This document shows, in pieces, positions 22,225 to 33,147 of a stretch of 48,175 bases of DNA (its first letter is position 1; every line of letters begins with the position of its first letter). Source of the stretch: Gammaproteobacteria bacterium (GTDB lineage Bacteria > Pseudomonadota > Gammaproteobacteria > Natronospirales > JASFQN01); assembly GCA_050115425.1 (NCBI GenBank), contig JASFQN010000001.1, positions 1 through 48,175 of the forward strand. The letters are read 5' to 3'. The position numbers and the translations under genes were made by a program. Under the pieces are notes generated by a model. That model was not told where the DNA came from. It ran no database searches and saw only the letters and a program-made list of their open reading frames with translations.

Positions 22225-23139
22225 TCAACCGGCACTGCCCGCCTTTTGCGTCTCGACTTCCAGCCGCCGGGCCACACTGCGCAGATAATCCGAAAAGCGA
22301 TCACCCAACTCCGGATGACGCAAGGCCATCTCCACCGTAGCCTCCAGATAACCCTCCTTGGAACCGCAATCGTACCGGACCCCTTCGAAATCGAAGGCAT
22401 ACACGGATTCATGGTCCAGAAGACCGGCGATGGCGTCGGTCAGCTGAATTTCGCCGCCGGCGCCTTTCGGCGTATTGCGCAACAATTCGAAGATACGGGG
22501 GGTAAGAATGTAGCGGCCGACCACCCCGAGATTCGAGGGCGCGTCTTCCGGCGCCGGCTTTTCGACGATTCCGCTGATTCTGTGGAGAGCTCCGCTGCCG
22601 GAGTCCGGCTTGACAATGCCGTATTTCCGGGTGGCTTCGCGATCCACCTGCTGGACACCCAGAACACTCGATTCCTTTTTCACATACTGATCGCGCATCT
22701 GCGCCAGGCAGTTGGCCCCGTCATTGTAGATCAGGTCGTCAGCAAGGATGACGTAGAACGGCTCATCGCCGACCACCGGTTCGGCGCACAGCACCGCATG
22801 CCCGAGACCCAGAGCCTGAGCCTGACGAATGTAGACACAACTGACCTCGGGCGGAATGATGTCGCGTACCAGGGCCAGTTTTTCCTTGTCACCACGCAGT
22901 TCCAGCTCGTTTTCAAGCTCATAGGCATGATCAAAGTGATCCGGGATCGCGCGTTTGGTCCGCCCGGTTATGAAAATCAGCACTTCCGCCCCGGCGCTGA
23001 CGGCCTCCTCCACCGCATACTGGATGAGGGGTTTGTCCACCACCGGCAGCATTTCCTTGGGATTTGCCTTGGTGGCCGGCAGGAAACGGGTGCCGAGACC
23101 GGCAACCGGAAACACCGCCTTGCGGATTTTCTTGCTCAC
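22225..23139 (-). CDS. galU: UTP--glucose-1-phosphate uridylyltransferase
   Basis: [40 protein letters not shown]... GTG start at 23139 with GAGGTGG upstream. Confidence 0.95.
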   Translation of the reverse strand: MSKKIRKAVFPVAGLGTRFLPATKANPKEMLPVVDKPLIQYAVEEAVSAGAEVLIFITGRTKRAIPDHFDHAYELENELELRGDKEKLALVRDIIPPEVSCVYIRQAQALGLGHAVLCAEPVVGDEPFYVILADDLIYNDGANCLAQMRDQYVKKESSVLGVQQVDREATRKYGIVKPDSGSGALHRISGIVEKPAPEDAPSNLGVVGRYILTPRIFELLRNTPKGAGGEIQLTDAIAGLLDHESVYAFDFEGVRYDCGSKEGYLEATVEMALRHPELGDRFSDYLRSVARRLEVETQKAGSAG

Positions 23140-23224
23140 CGTTCCACCTCTTCCATGTTGCCTGACAAGGCGGGCATTCTACCCCAGCGGCAGATGCGGG
23201 CCCAAAGGCCCGTGTGACAAGAAG

Positions 23225-23248
23225 GAAGGGCCCCGATCGGGGCCCTTC
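23225..23248 (-). terminator. GC-rich hairpin downstream of comEA (possible terminator)
   Basis: gaagggcccc-gatc-ggggcccttc perfect 10-bp stem, 10 nt after the comEA stop. The U-tract that follows is weak (ccuucuugu). Confidence 0.4.
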
Positions 23249-23258
23249 ACCGGAACGC

Positions 23259-23561
23259 CTACTTGCCGTCTGACGCCTTGCCGTCCAGTGCGGCATCACC
23301 GACAGTAATATGGTCCCTGTTCTGGGCCACCGTGACCTCGCCGATGCCCTTGACCAGGGTCAGGTCGTCGGCCGAGCGAAACGGCCCGTTCGCCTTGCGA
23401 TAGGCGACGATGGCCTGCGCCTTGGCCCGGCCCACGCCGTCCAGCACCTTGGCCAACGTCGCGGCATCCGCGGTATTCACGTTCACCGTGGTGGCGGCCA
23501 ACACCTGCGAGCCGAAACCGAGCATGAGAGCCAGACAAAGGATTCTTCCAATCTTCAACAT
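23259..23561 (-). CDS. comEA: ComEA-family helix-hairpin-helix DNA-binding protein (secreted)
   Basis: Signal peptide MLKIGRILCLALMLGFGSQVLA, then VNVNTADAATLAKVLDGVGRAKAQAIVAYRKANGPFRSADDLTLVKGIGE. Confidence 0.85.
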   Translation of the reverse strand: MLKIGRILCLALMLGFGSQVLAATTVNVNTADAATLAKVLDGVGRAKAQAIVAYRKANGPFRSADDLTLVKGIGEVTVAQNRDHITVGDAALDGKASDGK

Positions 23562-23687
23562 CGGGTACTACTCCCTTTTGTTGCATTCAATCGCGGCAAT
23601 CCCGCCGGGATTGCCCCCCTTTGATGCGCACGGAAAAACCGCGCGCGGGGTGATGGTAACAAATGGGAATTTTCTCGCAAACCCGTA

Positions 23688-24905
23688 TCAGACGCGGACC
23701 GAGTGCCCCGCGTTGGAAACGGTGGGCAGAATCGGCAGAGCGATGTCGAATCGCGCGCGGGTGCTGTTCCAGGTCTTGCAGCTCGGGCACTGCCAGAGCA
23801 GCGCCTTGCCGGTGAAACCACATTCCCGGCAGCGATAGCGGGGCCCGGTCTCGAGAAAGTGACGCAGCGCTGCCAGCAGACGCTCGGTGGCCGGCCCGGA
23901 CTGTTCCAGGTCTTCGTCGGTGAGCAACTCGATGAGTTCCGACAGACCACGAAGTCCGGGCGACTCGCGCAGGTAATGAGCTACGCATTCCCGCGCTACC
24001 GGATCCTTTATACTCGGATCAATGATGGCCGCAAGAGCAATCTGTGTGGTGGCCTCCTCCGAGTCGTCGCGCAATTCCTCAAGCGTTTCGGTGAAGCCAT
24101 CCGGGTTTTTGATGTCGCGGAAAAGCCTGTAGAGGGTGCCAAGCACATCGGCCGCCAACTCGATGTCCAATTCCAGTGCACGGCGGAGATTGCGCACGGC
24201 GGTACGCGGCTTGTCTTCCAGACGCGCCACCGTGGCCTGCATGATGCAGGCGCGCACACAATCTCGATCGAATGTCTGGGCCCGCTTGAGATACTTGCGG
24301 CACTGCTTGAGGTCATGGACGGCCAATCGGGCATCGGCCAGTTCGCAATAGTACTGGGCGATGACCTCATGTTGCGAGACGCCCGTAGCCATTTCCAGGC
24401 GCCGGCACATGGTGATGGCCTGTTCCCAGTCCTTCTGCTGTTCGTAGATCGTCACCAGGCTGCGCAGCGCCGGCTCCATGTGGGCGCGGACGTCCGCGAG
24501 CTCCAGGAACAGATTCTCCGCGCGATCAAAAAGACCGGCCCGCATGTAATCCTCGCCCAATGCGAAGAGCGCCTGGTAGCGGTGATTGCGGTTGAGATTC
24601 GGACGCGCAATCAGATTCTGGTGAATACGGATGGCACGGTCCACTTCCCCGCGGCGGCGAAACAGACTGCCCAGCGCGAAGTGCGTCTCCACCGTCTCGC
24701 TGTCAACCTCGACCATGCGGATGAAGACTTCGATCGCCTTGTCCGGCTGCTCGTTGAGCAGATAGTTGAGGCCCCGGAAATATTCGGCACTGACCCCACC
24801 GCCTTCCCGTCCATTGCGCCTCGGGCGGATACGCCCCAGCAGCCAGCCCGCGGCAACCGCCACGAACAACAGGCCACCAAGAAGCAGACGGGAATCAGTG
24901 GGCAT
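23688..24905 (-). CDS. lapB: lipopolysaccharide assembly protein LapB (YciM)
   Basis: N-terminal TM helix, TPR repeats and a C-terminal rubredoxin-like CRECGFTGKALLWQCPSCKTW. Its start overlaps the lapA stop by 11 nt. Confidence 0.92.
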   Translation of the reverse strand: MPTDSRLLLGGLLFVAVAAGWLLGRIRPRRNGREGGGVSAEYFRGLNYLLNEQPDKAIEVFIRMVEVDSETVETHFALGSLFRRRGEVDRAIRIHQNLIARPNLNRNHRYQALFALGEDYMRAGLFDRAENLFLELADVRAHMEPALRSLVTIYEQQKDWEQAITMCRRLEMATGVSQHEVIAQYYCELADARLAVHDLKQCRKYLKRAQTFDRDCVRACIMQATVARLEDKPRTAVRNLRRALELDIELAADVLGTLYRLFRDIKNPDGFTETLEELRDDSEEATTQIALAAIIDPSIKDPVARECVAHYLRESPGLRGLSELIELLTDEDLEQSGPATERLLAALRHFLETGPRYRCRECGFTGKALLWQCPSCKTWNSTRARFDIALPILPTVSNAGHSVRV

Positions 24906-25188
24906 CGCGAATGGGTATGCTGCGCAGGTTGTTGACCTCGGCCTCGGCCATCTTGACCGCGTGCTTCAGCCGCGCCCGTTCGCGGCGCAACTTGATGATG
25001 CTGCCCAGGCTCGCCAGGATGCCCAGCACGACACCCACAGCAACCGCAGCCAGCAGCAGTACGGGAAGATAAACCGGAACCTGGCCCACCAGGACATCGA
25101 GCTGGACCATCTGGACGTTCTTCCAGGCGAATGTCGCGGCAAGCACGGCCACCAGCACAAGCAGCACCAGCTTGAGTATGCGAAGCAT
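24895..25188 (-). CDS. lapA: lipopolysaccharide assembly protein LapA (YciS, DUF1049)
   Basis: 97 aa, two TM helices and a C-terminal coiled segment (...IIKLRRERARLKHAVKMAEAEVNNLRSIPI...), immediately upstream of lapB. Confidence 0.85.
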   Translation of the reverse strand: MLRILKLVLLVLVAVLAATFAWKNVQMVQLDVLVGQVPVYLPVLLLAAVAVGVVLGILASLGSIIKLRRERARLKHAVKMAEAEVNNLRSIPIRDAH

Positions 25189-25355
25189 GGGACGCGCCCT
25201 CTTGTCGCTTGCGGGATCCGGCCTCTCACGACGCCCCCAAGAGCACCGGAATCAGGCGATATTTAACACGAAGCAGCAGGGAAATGACAGCCGCCAACGC
25301 ACCGGGGACGTCGGTGGACTGCCGAATTCAGTCGCTCGGGAAAGATGAACTGCCG

Positions 25356-25673
25356 TCAGCCGGCTGACGCACTCTTGCCGGCGGGAACAGCCATTCCTTC
25401 ATTGACACGCTCACGAAGATCCTTGCCCGGCTTGAAATGGGGAACATACTTGCCGGGAAGCGCCACTGCCTCACCGGTCTTGGGATTGCGCCCCATCCGC
25501 GGGGGCCGGAAATGCAGCGAGAAACTGCCGAAACCCCGAATCTCGATGCGCCGCCCGCTGGAAAGCGCGTTGCTCATCTGTTCAAGGATGGCCTTGACTG
25601 CCAGCTCCACATCCTTGCCGGCCAGGTGGGATTGCTTGCGCCCCAGAATCTCGATCAGTTCAGATTTGGTCAT
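25356..25673 (-). CDS. ihfB: integration host factor subunit beta
   Basis: [33 protein letters not shown]...[51 protein letters not shown] at 25673. The track extension to 25745 is spurious. Confidence 0.95.
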   Translation of the reverse strand: MTKSELIEILGRKQSHLAGKDVELAVKAILEQMSNALSSGRRIEIRGFGSFSLHFRPPRMGRNPKTGEAVALPGKYVPHFKPGKDLRERVNEGMAVPAGKSASAG

Positions 25674-25786
25674 ATTCTTATAATCCTGTCCCCATGCTGC
25701 CCTATACGCCGACTTCTGAGGTGCGCAATGGCAACGGCAAGACAAGTTAATGGGGCGACCGGCCCGCAGCCGGTCGCCCCGGACCC

Positions 25787-27463
25787 TCAGGAGTCCTTGT
25801 TGGCCATCTGCTCCTTGAGCAGATCGCCCAGGGTGGTCGTGCCACCGGCCGACGACTTGGAGTAATCCTCCACGGCGCGAGCCTCTTCCTGGATTTCCTT
25901 GGCCTTGATCGACAGCGTGACCGTGCGGTTCTTGCGATCGACGCCGACAAAGCGGGATTCCACTTCATCACCGACATTCAGCACGCTGCGCGCATCCTCG
26001 ACACGCTCGCGAGAGAGGTCGGAGGCTCGCAGGTAACCCTCGATGCCATTGCCAAGGTCGATATTCGCACCCTTGGCGTCGACTTCCGTTACGGTGCCCT
26101 TGACGAAGCTGCCCTTCGGATGATCGGCCAGGAAGCTGGCAAACGGATCCTTGTCGAGTTGCTTGACACCCAGGGAGATGCGCTCCCGCTCGGGATCCAC
26201 CGAAAGAACCACGGCTTCGACTTCGTCGCCCTTCTTGTAGTTGCGCACCGCTTCCTCGCCCGGGATATCCCAGGAGATATCGGAGAGATGCACCAGGCCG
26301 TCGATGCCGCCATCCAGGCCCACGAAGATGCCGAAATCGGTGATCGACTTGATCTTGCCGGAGATGCGGTCGCCCTTGTTGTGGGTCGCGGCAAATTCGT
26401 CCCAGGGATTGGGCGTGCACTGTTTCATGCCCAGGGAGATACGGCGGCGTTCCTCGTCGATGTCGAGAACCATGACCTCGACTTCGTCACCTACCTGGAC
26501 CACCTTGGCCGGATTGACGTTCTTGTTCGTCCAGTCCATCTCGGAAACATGCACCAGACCCTCGACGCCCTCTTCGATTTCCACGAAACAGCCATAGTCG
26601 GCCAGATTGGTGACCCGGCCAAAGATGCGCGCGCCCACCGGATAGCGGCGGGAGATATCCACCCAGGGATCTTCACCGAGCTGCTTGAGGCCGAGAGAGA
26701 CGCGGTTGCGCTCGCGATCGAACTTGAGCACCTTCACCTCGATCTCGTCACCCACGTTGACGACTTCCGAGGGATGCTTGACACGGCGCCAGGCCATGTC
26801 GGTGATGTGCAGCAGACCATCGATACCGCCCAGGTCCACGAAGGCGCCGTAATCGGTGAGGTTCTTGACGATACCCTTGACGATGAGGCCTTCCTGAAGA
26901 CTTTCCAGCAACTGCTCGCGCTCGGCGCTGTACTCTTCCTCGACCACGGCGCGGCGGGACACCACCACGTTGTTGCGGCGGCGATCGAGCTTGATCACCT
27001 TGAACTCGAGTTCCTTGCCCTCGAGATAGGTGGGATCGCGAACCGGGCGCACATCGACCAGCGACCCGGGCAGGAAGGCACGGACTTCGTCGATGTCCAC
27101 GGTGAAACCACCCTTGACCTTGCCGCTGATGTAGCCGGTCACGATCTCGTTGGCCTCGAAGGCCTTCTCAAGGCGGTTCCAGGCACGAGCACGCTTGGCC
27201 TTCTCGCGGGACAGACGGGTCTCACCGAAGCCGTCTTCCACGGCATCCAGCGCCACTTCCACCTCGTCGCCCACGGAAATTTCCAGCTCGCCGTCTTCGT
27301 TGTAGAACTGCTCGACGGGGATCACGCCTTCGGACTTCAGGCCGGCGTTGACAATGACCACGTCCTGACGAATATCGACGACGTTGGCCATGATGATGGC
27401 GCCGGGCTGCATCTGCTCGCTGGCGATGCTCTGTTCAAAAAGTTCTGCGAAACTCTCAGCCAT
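25787..27463 (-). CDS. rpsA: 30S ribosomal protein S1
   Basis: [24 protein letters not shown]... with six S1 repeats. ATG at 27463. Confidence 0.97.
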   Translation of the reverse strand: MAESFAELFEQSIASEQMQPGAIIMANVVDIRQDVVIVNAGLKSEGVIPVEQFYNEDGELEISVGDEVEVALDAVEDGFGETRLSREKAKRARAWNRLEKAFEANEIVTGYISGKVKGGFTVDIDEVRAFLPGSLVDVRPVRDPTYLEGKELEFKVIKLDRRRNNVVVSRRAVVEEEYSAEREQLLESLQEGLIVKGIVKNLTDYGAFVDLGGIDGLLHITDMAWRRVKHPSEVVNVGDEIEVKVLKFDRERNRVSLGLKQLGEDPWVDISRRYPVGARIFGRVTNLADYGCFVEIEEGVEGLVHVSEMDWTNKNVNPAKVVQVGDEVEVMVLDIDEERRRISLGMKQCTPNPWDEFAATHNKGDRISGKIKSITDFGIFVGLDGGIDGLVHLSDISWDIPGEEAVRNYKKGDEVEAVVLSVDPERERISLGVKQLDKDPFASFLADHPKGSFVKGTVTEVDAKGANIDLGNGIEGYLRASDLSRERVEDARSVLNVGDEVESRFVGVDRKNRTVTLSIKAKEIQEEARAVEDYSKSSAGGTTTLGDLLKEQMANKDS

Positions 27464-27615
27464 GTTGTTTGATGTCCTGAGCCTGTTGCCAGGCCTCGTC
27501 ACTGCCACCGCCGGCTTCCTGTCGGCCATGGGTTTGGTTGTTCGGGCCATGACCTCCTGTCCGACCCCTGAATCCGCCCCCTCGACAAAGTCGGGAGGGG
27601 CTGTTTTCCGCGGGA

Positions 27616-28317
27616 CTATCCCGGACCGCCCGCGGTCCGTTCTGCGACCGCCGCCAGCACCTTGCTGATGACTTCTTCCACCGGCACGCCGGTGGTGTCG
27701 ATCACCCTGGCATCGGCGGCGGGCCTGAGGGGCGATATCGCCCGCGAGGCATCCCGCGCGTCGCGCTCCGAGATTTCCCGGTAAAGGGCGTCAAGGCTAG
27801 CACCTAAACCTTTTTCATTCAACTGCTTATGACGCCTTTTCGCCCTTTCCATGGCGCTGGCTGTCAGAAAGATCTTGACCGCGGCATCGGGAAATATCGC
27901 CGTCCCCATATCGCGCCCGTCAGCCACCAGACCCGGGGGCTCCCGAAAGCTGTGCTGCAAATCGACCAGTGCCTCGCGGACCTCGGGCAGCGCCGCCACC
28001 CGGGAGGCAGCGTTACCGCATTCCTCGGTGCGAATTTCCCGGCTCACCTCGCGTCCGGCCAACAGGACCCGCTCTTCCCTGCCGGGTCCGGCAGCCTCGA
28101 ACCGCACATCAAGCGTGCGCGCCAGCGCCGCCAGCGCCGGGGCGTCCGATTCGTCGATGCCGGCCGTTTGCGAGGCCAGCGCCACCAGGCGATAAAGCGC
28201 TCCGCTGTCCAGGAAATTCCAGCCCAGTTTCCGGGCCACGGCCTGGCTGACCGTGCCCTTTCCGGACCCGCTGGGGCCGTCAATGGTCAGCACCGGGGCC
28301 TTGTCGTCATTGCTCAT
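27616..28317 (-). CDS. cmk: cytidylate kinase
   Basis: [43 protein letters not shown] (P-loop). ATG 28317 overlaps the aroA 3' end by 11 nt. Confidence 0.95.
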   Translation of the reverse strand: MSNDDKAPVLTIDGPSGSGKGTVSQAVARKLGWNFLDSGALYRLVALASQTAGIDESDAPALAALARTLDVRFEAAGPGREERVLLAGREVSREIRTEECGNAASRVAALPEVREALVDLQHSFREPPGLVADGRDMGTAIFPDAAVKIFLTASAMERAKRRHKQLNEKGLGASLDALYREISERDARDASRAISPLRPAADARVIDTTGVPVEEVISKVLAAVAERTAGGPG

Positions 28318-29632
28318 CGGGCTCTCCCGAGCGTTCAAGTTCGATATCCAGACCCGCCTCCCGGGCCTGTGCCTCAAATTCGGGATATGAGGTCGCCACG
28401 GCACTGACATCCTGCACCCGCACGCTCCCGCGCGCCACGGCGCCGGCCATGGCGAAGGCCATGGCAATACGATGGTCGCCAAAACTGCGCACTGTGCCCT
28501 CCTCCAGCCTGCCACCTTGAACGCGCAGGCCGTCCGGGCGTTCCTCGACCGCAATACCCAACCGGGCAAGTCCCTCCGCCAGGGCTGACAGACGATCACT
28601 CTCCTTGACCCGAAGCTCGGCGGCACCACCGAGCGTGGTCACGCCCTGCGCGACTGCTGCTGCAATCATCAACACCGGGATCTCGTCCACCGCCAGCGCC
28701 ACGGCGTCGGCGTCGATCTCGATGCCGCGAAGTTTCGCTGCTCGCACACGGAGGTCGGCCACCGGCTCATGCCCCATCGACCGCCGCCGGCTCAGTTCGA
28801 TATTCGCCCCCATCCGCTGCAAAAGATCGATCACGCCGATGCGAGTCGGATTCACGCCCACCTGCTCGATGAGCAGATCGGATCCGGGTATCAGGGTAGC
28901 TGCCAGCACCAGAAAGGCCGCCGACGACAGATCACCCGGAACCTCGATATCGCAGGCCTTCAATTCCCCGCCGGGCATGAGGATCACCTGATCGGCCTCC
29001 CGCCTCACCGGGAATCCGAATGTGGCCAGCATCCGCTCGGTGTGATCGCGAGTGACTGAGGGCTCACGCACCGCCACAGCGCCGTCGGCAACGAGCCCCG
29101 CCAGCAGGACGGCCGACTTCACCTGTGCGCTGGCCACCGGCAGGTCGTAACTGATCGCCCGAAGGGGGCGGCGGCCCTCGATCTCCAGCGGCGCGAAGCC
29201 ACCTTCCCGACTCCGCACATGCGCCCCCATTCGCTCAAGGGGATCGGCAATCCGCGCCATGGGTCGCGCCTGAAGTGAAGTGTCACCCGTCAACACGGTC
29301 CGGAATGGCTGGCCGGCAAGAATGCCCGCCAGCAGCCGCATGGATGTCCCGGAGTTGCCCAGGTCAAGCGGAGCGGCCGGTTGGCGCAAGCCCTCGAGAC
29401 CTACCCCCCGCACCCGCCAGTGCGCCCCGGACTGACGAATGTCGACCCCGAGGGCTCGCAGCGCACGGGCCGTGGCGAGGCAGTCGGCACCCTCAAGCAG
29501 GCCGGCAATCCGGCTCGTTCCACGCGCGAGCGCGGCAAACATCAGGGCCCGATGGGAAATGGACTTGTCGCCCGGGACCCGCAGCCGCCCCCGCAGGGGG
29601 CCTGCCGGACGGCAGATGAAATCGGCCGTCAC
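28307..29632 (-). CDS. aroA: 3-phosphoshikimate 1-carboxyvinyltransferase (EPSP synthase), stand-alone
   Basis: ...GPLRGRLRVPGDKSISHRALMFAALA... GTG 29632 is preceded by GAGAGGG and lies just after the hisC stop (29646). About 441 aa, the normal AroA length. Confidence 0.95.
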   Translation of the reverse strand: MTADFICRPAGPLRGRLRVPGDKSISHRALMFAALARGTSRIAGLLEGADCLATARALRALGVDIRQSGAHWRVRGVGLEGLRQPAAPLDLGNSGTSMRLLAGILAGQPFRTVLTGDTSLQARPMARIADPLERMGAHVRSREGGFAPLEIEGRRPLRAISYDLPVASAQVKSAVLLAGLVADGAVAVREPSVTRDHTERMLATFGFPVRREADQVILMPGGELKACDIEVPGDLSSAAFLVLAATLIPGSDLLIEQVGVNPTRIGVIDLLQRMGANIELSRRRSMGHEPVADLRVRAAKLRGIEIDADAVALAVDEIPVLMIAAAVAQGVTTLGGAAELRVKESDRLSALAEGLARLGIAVEERPDGLRVQGGRLEEGTVRSFGDHRIAMAFAMAGAVARGSVRVQDVSAVATSYPEFEAQAREAGLDIELERSGEPDEQ

Positions 29633-29645
29633 GCGGGCAGCCCTC

Positions 29646-30776
29646 TCAGTCTCCAAGCACTCGCGGGAGTACGCTGAACAACTTGTCGTTCTCTTCCGGC
29701 AGGCCCACTGAAATGCGCAAGTGGTTGGGCAGACCGTAGCCATCCAGAGGACGGGTGATCACGCCTTCCTTCAGGAGGTCCGCAAAGACTTCACGCCCTG
29801 GCCGCCCCATGTCCGCGGTGACGAAGTTGCAGACCGAGGGAATCGTGGCGAGCCCAAGGGCCTTCAGTTCCTTTTGCATGCGTGCCAGTTCGGTGCGGTT
29901 GAGATTCACCGTCTTTTTCAGATGCTCGACGTCATCCAGGGCCGCCACGGCGGCCACCTGGGCCAGACTGTTCGGATTGAAGGCAAGGCGCACGCGATTG
30001 AGCAGATCGGTTATCGGGGCGCTGGAAAGCGCGTAACCGACCCGAACGCCCGCCAGACCATAGGCCTTGGAGAAAGTACGCAAGACGATGAGATTGGAAA
30101 ACTCATCGAGCAACTTGCTGCAGTCCGGATATTCCGCCGCCTCGACGAAATCGAAATAGGCCTCGTCCACGACCACGGCCACATCGGAGGGCACATCTGC
30201 AAGGAACGTCCGCAGGCTTGCGCGGTCCACCCAGGTGCCCGTGGGATTGTTGGGATTGGCGATAAACACCACGCGCGTACTGTCGTCGATGAGCGCAGCC
30301 ATCGCCTCCAGGTCGTGCCCATATGGCATCGGGTGACCGGTGGGGTTGGCATCGGCAATACGCAAGGCAGCACCCGCAGCCTGGCTCACGATGGTGTAAA
30401 TGGCGAACGCATAACGCGACATCACCGCCGACCGTCCGGGCCCCAGGAAGACCCGCGCGACGAGTTCCAGAATGTGGTCGGATCCGGTTCCCAGGGTAAT
30501 CCGGTCCATGGCCACGTCATGGCGCGCGCCGATGGCCCGCTTGAGTTCAAATCCATTGCCGTCCGGATACAGCGCCAGATCATCCACTGCCGCACGGATT
30601 GCCGCCACGGCCCTGGGGCTCGGACCGAGCGGATTCTCGTTGCTCGCCAGCTTGACGATGTCATCAAGACCCAGTTCCCTCTGCAGCTCGCTGATCGGCT
30701 TGCCCGGCTCATAGGGTTTGAGTTTCTTGACGCCGTCCACACAACGCTCGAAGAAAACGGCAGCTTTGTCAGTCAT
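29646..30776 (-). CDS. hisC: histidinol-phosphate / aromatic aminotransferase (HisC family)
   Basis: 376 aa, ...KLASNENPLGPSP... and the PLP-lysine motif RTFSKAYGLAGVRVGY. Confidence 0.9.
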   Translation of the reverse strand: MTDKAAVFFERCVDGVKKLKPYEPGKPISELQRELGLDDIVKLASNENPLGPSPRAVAAIRAAVDDLALYPDGNGFELKRAIGARHDVAMDRITLGTGSDHILELVARVFLGPGRSAVMSRYAFAIYTIVSQAAGAALRIADANPTGHPMPYGHDLEAMAALIDDSTRVVFIANPNNPTGTWVDRASLRTFLADVPSDVAVVVDEAYFDFVEAAEYPDCSKLLDEFSNLIVLRTFSKAYGLAGVRVGYALSSAPITDLLNRVRLAFNPNSLAQVAAVAALDDVEHLKKTVNLNRTELARMQKELKALGLATIPSVCNFVTADMGRPGREVFADLLKEGVITRPLDGYGLPNHLRISVGLPEENDKLFSVLPRVLGD

Positions 30777-30847
30777 TGCTACTCCCGGAATGCAACAGGT
30801 TCAAAACGAGAAAAAGGAAGCCTGGACCAGTTTTCGCTTGGCGGAAC

Positions 30848-32014
30848 TCAGAGAGCGCGGACAGCCAGTACACCCTCGATGGCGGCGATGCTGTCCACCG
30901 TGTCCGGCGGAACGGGATCGTCCACATCCACCACCGTGTAGGCCAACTCGCCACGTGACCGGTTGAGCATGTCCAGGATATTGAGATCGGCTCGCGCCAG
31001 CAGGGTGGTCATCTGCCCGACCATGTTGGGCACATTGGCATTCGCCACCGCAAGACGGTAGCCCTCGGCCTGCGGCAGACTGACTTCTGGGAAATTGACC
31101 GAATTGCGCACAATGCCGTGTTCCAGAAAATCCCGAAGCTGGTCCACCGCCATGACGGCGCAATTCTCTTCGGCCTCGCGAGTGGAAGCACCCAGGTGTG
31201 GAAGGCAGATGGCACGCGTGTGATTCAGCAGCGCGCGGGTCGGAAAATCGGTCACGAACGCGGCGAGATGGCCGTCGTCCAGCGCACTGATCACTGCCTC
31301 ATCGTCAACCACGCCCTCGCGGGCGAAATTGAGCAACACACTCCCCGGCTGCAGCATGGCCAGTCGCTCGGCATTGACGATATGGCGCGTCGCGTCGGTG
31401 AGTGGCACGTGCGGTGTCACGAAATCAGATCGGCGAAACAGTTCATCCAGTCCAGCGGCCTGTTCCACGCCAGCAGACAGTTGCCAGGCGCGATGCACGG
31501 TAATCTGGGGGTCGTAGCCAATCACACGCATTCCCAGAGCATGCGCGGCGTTGGCAACCTGTACGCCGATGGCGCCCAGACCGATGACGCCCAGGGTCCG
31601 GCCGGGCAATTCGCTGCCCGCGAATTTCTTCTTGCCCTCTTCCACGGCGCGCGCCAGCTCCTCGCCTTGGCCCGAAAGGTCACGGGCAAAATCCCAGGCG
31701 GCACAGATGTTGCGCGCGGCCAGCAGCAAGCCGGCGACAACCAGTTCCTTCACTGCATTGGCATTGGCGCCCGGCGTGTTGAATACAGGCACACCGCGGC
31801 GGCTCAGTTCGCTCACGGGGATGTTGTTGACGCCCGCTCCGGCGCGCGCCACAGCCTTGACCGACGCCGGAATTTCCGCGTCATGCAGATTGAAGGATCT
31901 CAGCAGAATGGCATCCGGACGTGAAAGGTCGGAGGCCACTTCGTAGGCGTCACGCGGAAAGCGCTCGAGTCCGGCGACGGCGATATTGTTCAGTGTCTGG
32001 ATACGAAATGACAT
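30848..32014 (-). CDS. serA: D-3-phosphoglycerate dehydrogenase (2-hydroxyacid dehydrogenase core + C-terminal ACT-like domain)
   Basis: NAD fold GRTLGVIGLGAIGVQVA, catalytic region ...NFAREGVVD...LPHLGAST, and an ACT-like tail RLAVANANVPNMVGQMTTLLA. Adjacent to serC. Confidence 0.85.
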   Translation of the reverse strand: MSFRIQTLNNIAVAGLERFPRDAYEVASDLSRPDAILLRSFNLHDAEIPASVKAVARAGAGVNNIPVSELSRRGVPVFNTPGANANAVKELVVAGLLLAARNICAAWDFARDLSGQGEELARAVEEGKKKFAGSELPGRTLGVIGLGAIGVQVANAAHALGMRVIGYDPQITVHRAWQLSAGVEQAAGLDELFRRSDFVTPHVPLTDATRHIVNAERLAMLQPGSVLLNFAREGVVDDEAVISALDDGHLAAFVTDFPTRALLNHTRAICLPHLGASTREAEENCAVMAVDQLRDFLEHGIVRNSVNFPEVSLPQAEGYRLAVANANVPNMVGQMTTLLARADLNILDMLNRSRGELAYTVVDVDDPVPPDTVDSIAAIEGVLAVRAL

Positions 32015-32025
32015 GCCTTACCCTG

Positions 32026-33108
32026 CTAGGCCTTCCGCTTTTCGAAATCGGCCATGAACTCGATCAGGGCGTCCACGCCGGCTTCCGGCATGGCATTGTA
32101 GATGCTTGCACGCATGCCGCCGACCGAGCGGTGTCCCTTCAGGTTGGCCAGTCCCGCGGCTTCGGCTTCGCGCAGGAAAACGTCATCCAGCGATGGGTCG
32201 GCAAGTACAAACGGCACATTCATTCGTGAACGCGCATTTTTTTCCACCGGGTTGCTGTAGAAATCCGAGGCGTCAATCGCGGCATAGAGTTTCTCCGCCT
32301 TGCGCCGATTGGTTTCGGCAATAACCTCAACGCCACCCTGCTCCTTGAGCCATTCGAACACCAGGCCGGCCATGTGCCAGGCGAAGGTCGGCGGAGTGTT
32401 GTACATCGAGTGGGCCTTGATGTGGGGACGGTAATCGAACATGGAGGGCGTACCCGGCGGGACATCCTTGAGCAGGTCCTCGCGCACGATGGCAACGGCG
32501 AGGCCCGCCGGGCCGATATTCTTCTGCGCGCCGGCATAGATCACGCCAAAACGGTTCACGTCCACCGGGCGGGAGAGTATGCAGGAGGACATATCAGCCA
32601 CCAGCGGCACATCGCCCGTGTCCGGAATATCCTGGAATTCGACACCGGCGATGGTTTCATTGGGCGTGTAATGCACGTAGGCCGCCCGCGGATCGAGATG
32701 CCATTCCTCGCGCGCCGGAATGCCCGTGTAATTGCCAAGCTTGCCATCCACGGCAACATTGACCTCACAGAATCGCCTGGCTTCGGCCACGGCCTTGGCC
32801 GACCAGTGACCGGTATCGAAATAGTCGGCTCGGCCTGCGTCACCCAGCAGGTTGAGCGGTACCATGGCAAACTGGCCGGTAGCGCCGCCCTGGAGGAACA
32901 GTACCCGGTAGGCATCGGGGACGCCCATCAGATCGCGCAGATTCCGCTCGGCGCGTTCGGCGATGCCGGTGAAGGTATCGCTGCGGTGACTCATTTCCAT
33001 CACGGCCATGCCGCTGCCGTGATAGTCACCGAACTCTTTCGCGGCCCGCTCGATCACGGCGTCCGGCAATCCTGCCGGACCCGCGCTGAAGTTGTATACG
33101 CGCTTCAT
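32026..33108 (-). CDS. serC: phosphoserine aminotransferase
   Basis: MKRVYNFSAGPAGLPDAVIERAAKEF... 360 aa. GGAGGG RBS. Confidence 0.96.
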   Translation of the reverse strand: MKRVYNFSAGPAGLPDAVIERAAKEFGDYHGSGMAVMEMSHRSDTFTGIAERAERNLRDLMGVPDAYRVLFLQGGATGQFAMVPLNLLGDAGRADYFDTGHWSAKAVAEARRFCEVNVAVDGKLGNYTGIPAREEWHLDPRAAYVHYTPNETIAGVEFQDIPDTGDVPLVADMSSCILSRPVDVNRFGVIYAGAQKNIGPAGLAVAIVREDLLKDVPPGTPSMFDYRPHIKAHSMYNTPPTFAWHMAGLVFEWLKEQGGVEVIAETNRRKAEKLYAAIDASDFYSNPVEKNARSRMNVPFVLADPSLDDVFLREAEAAGLANLKGHRSVGGMRASIYNAMPEAGVDALIEFMADFEKRKA

Positions 33109-33147
33109 AGACCCTCCTCAGGGATCCGCCCGGAGCCGCAGGAACCT

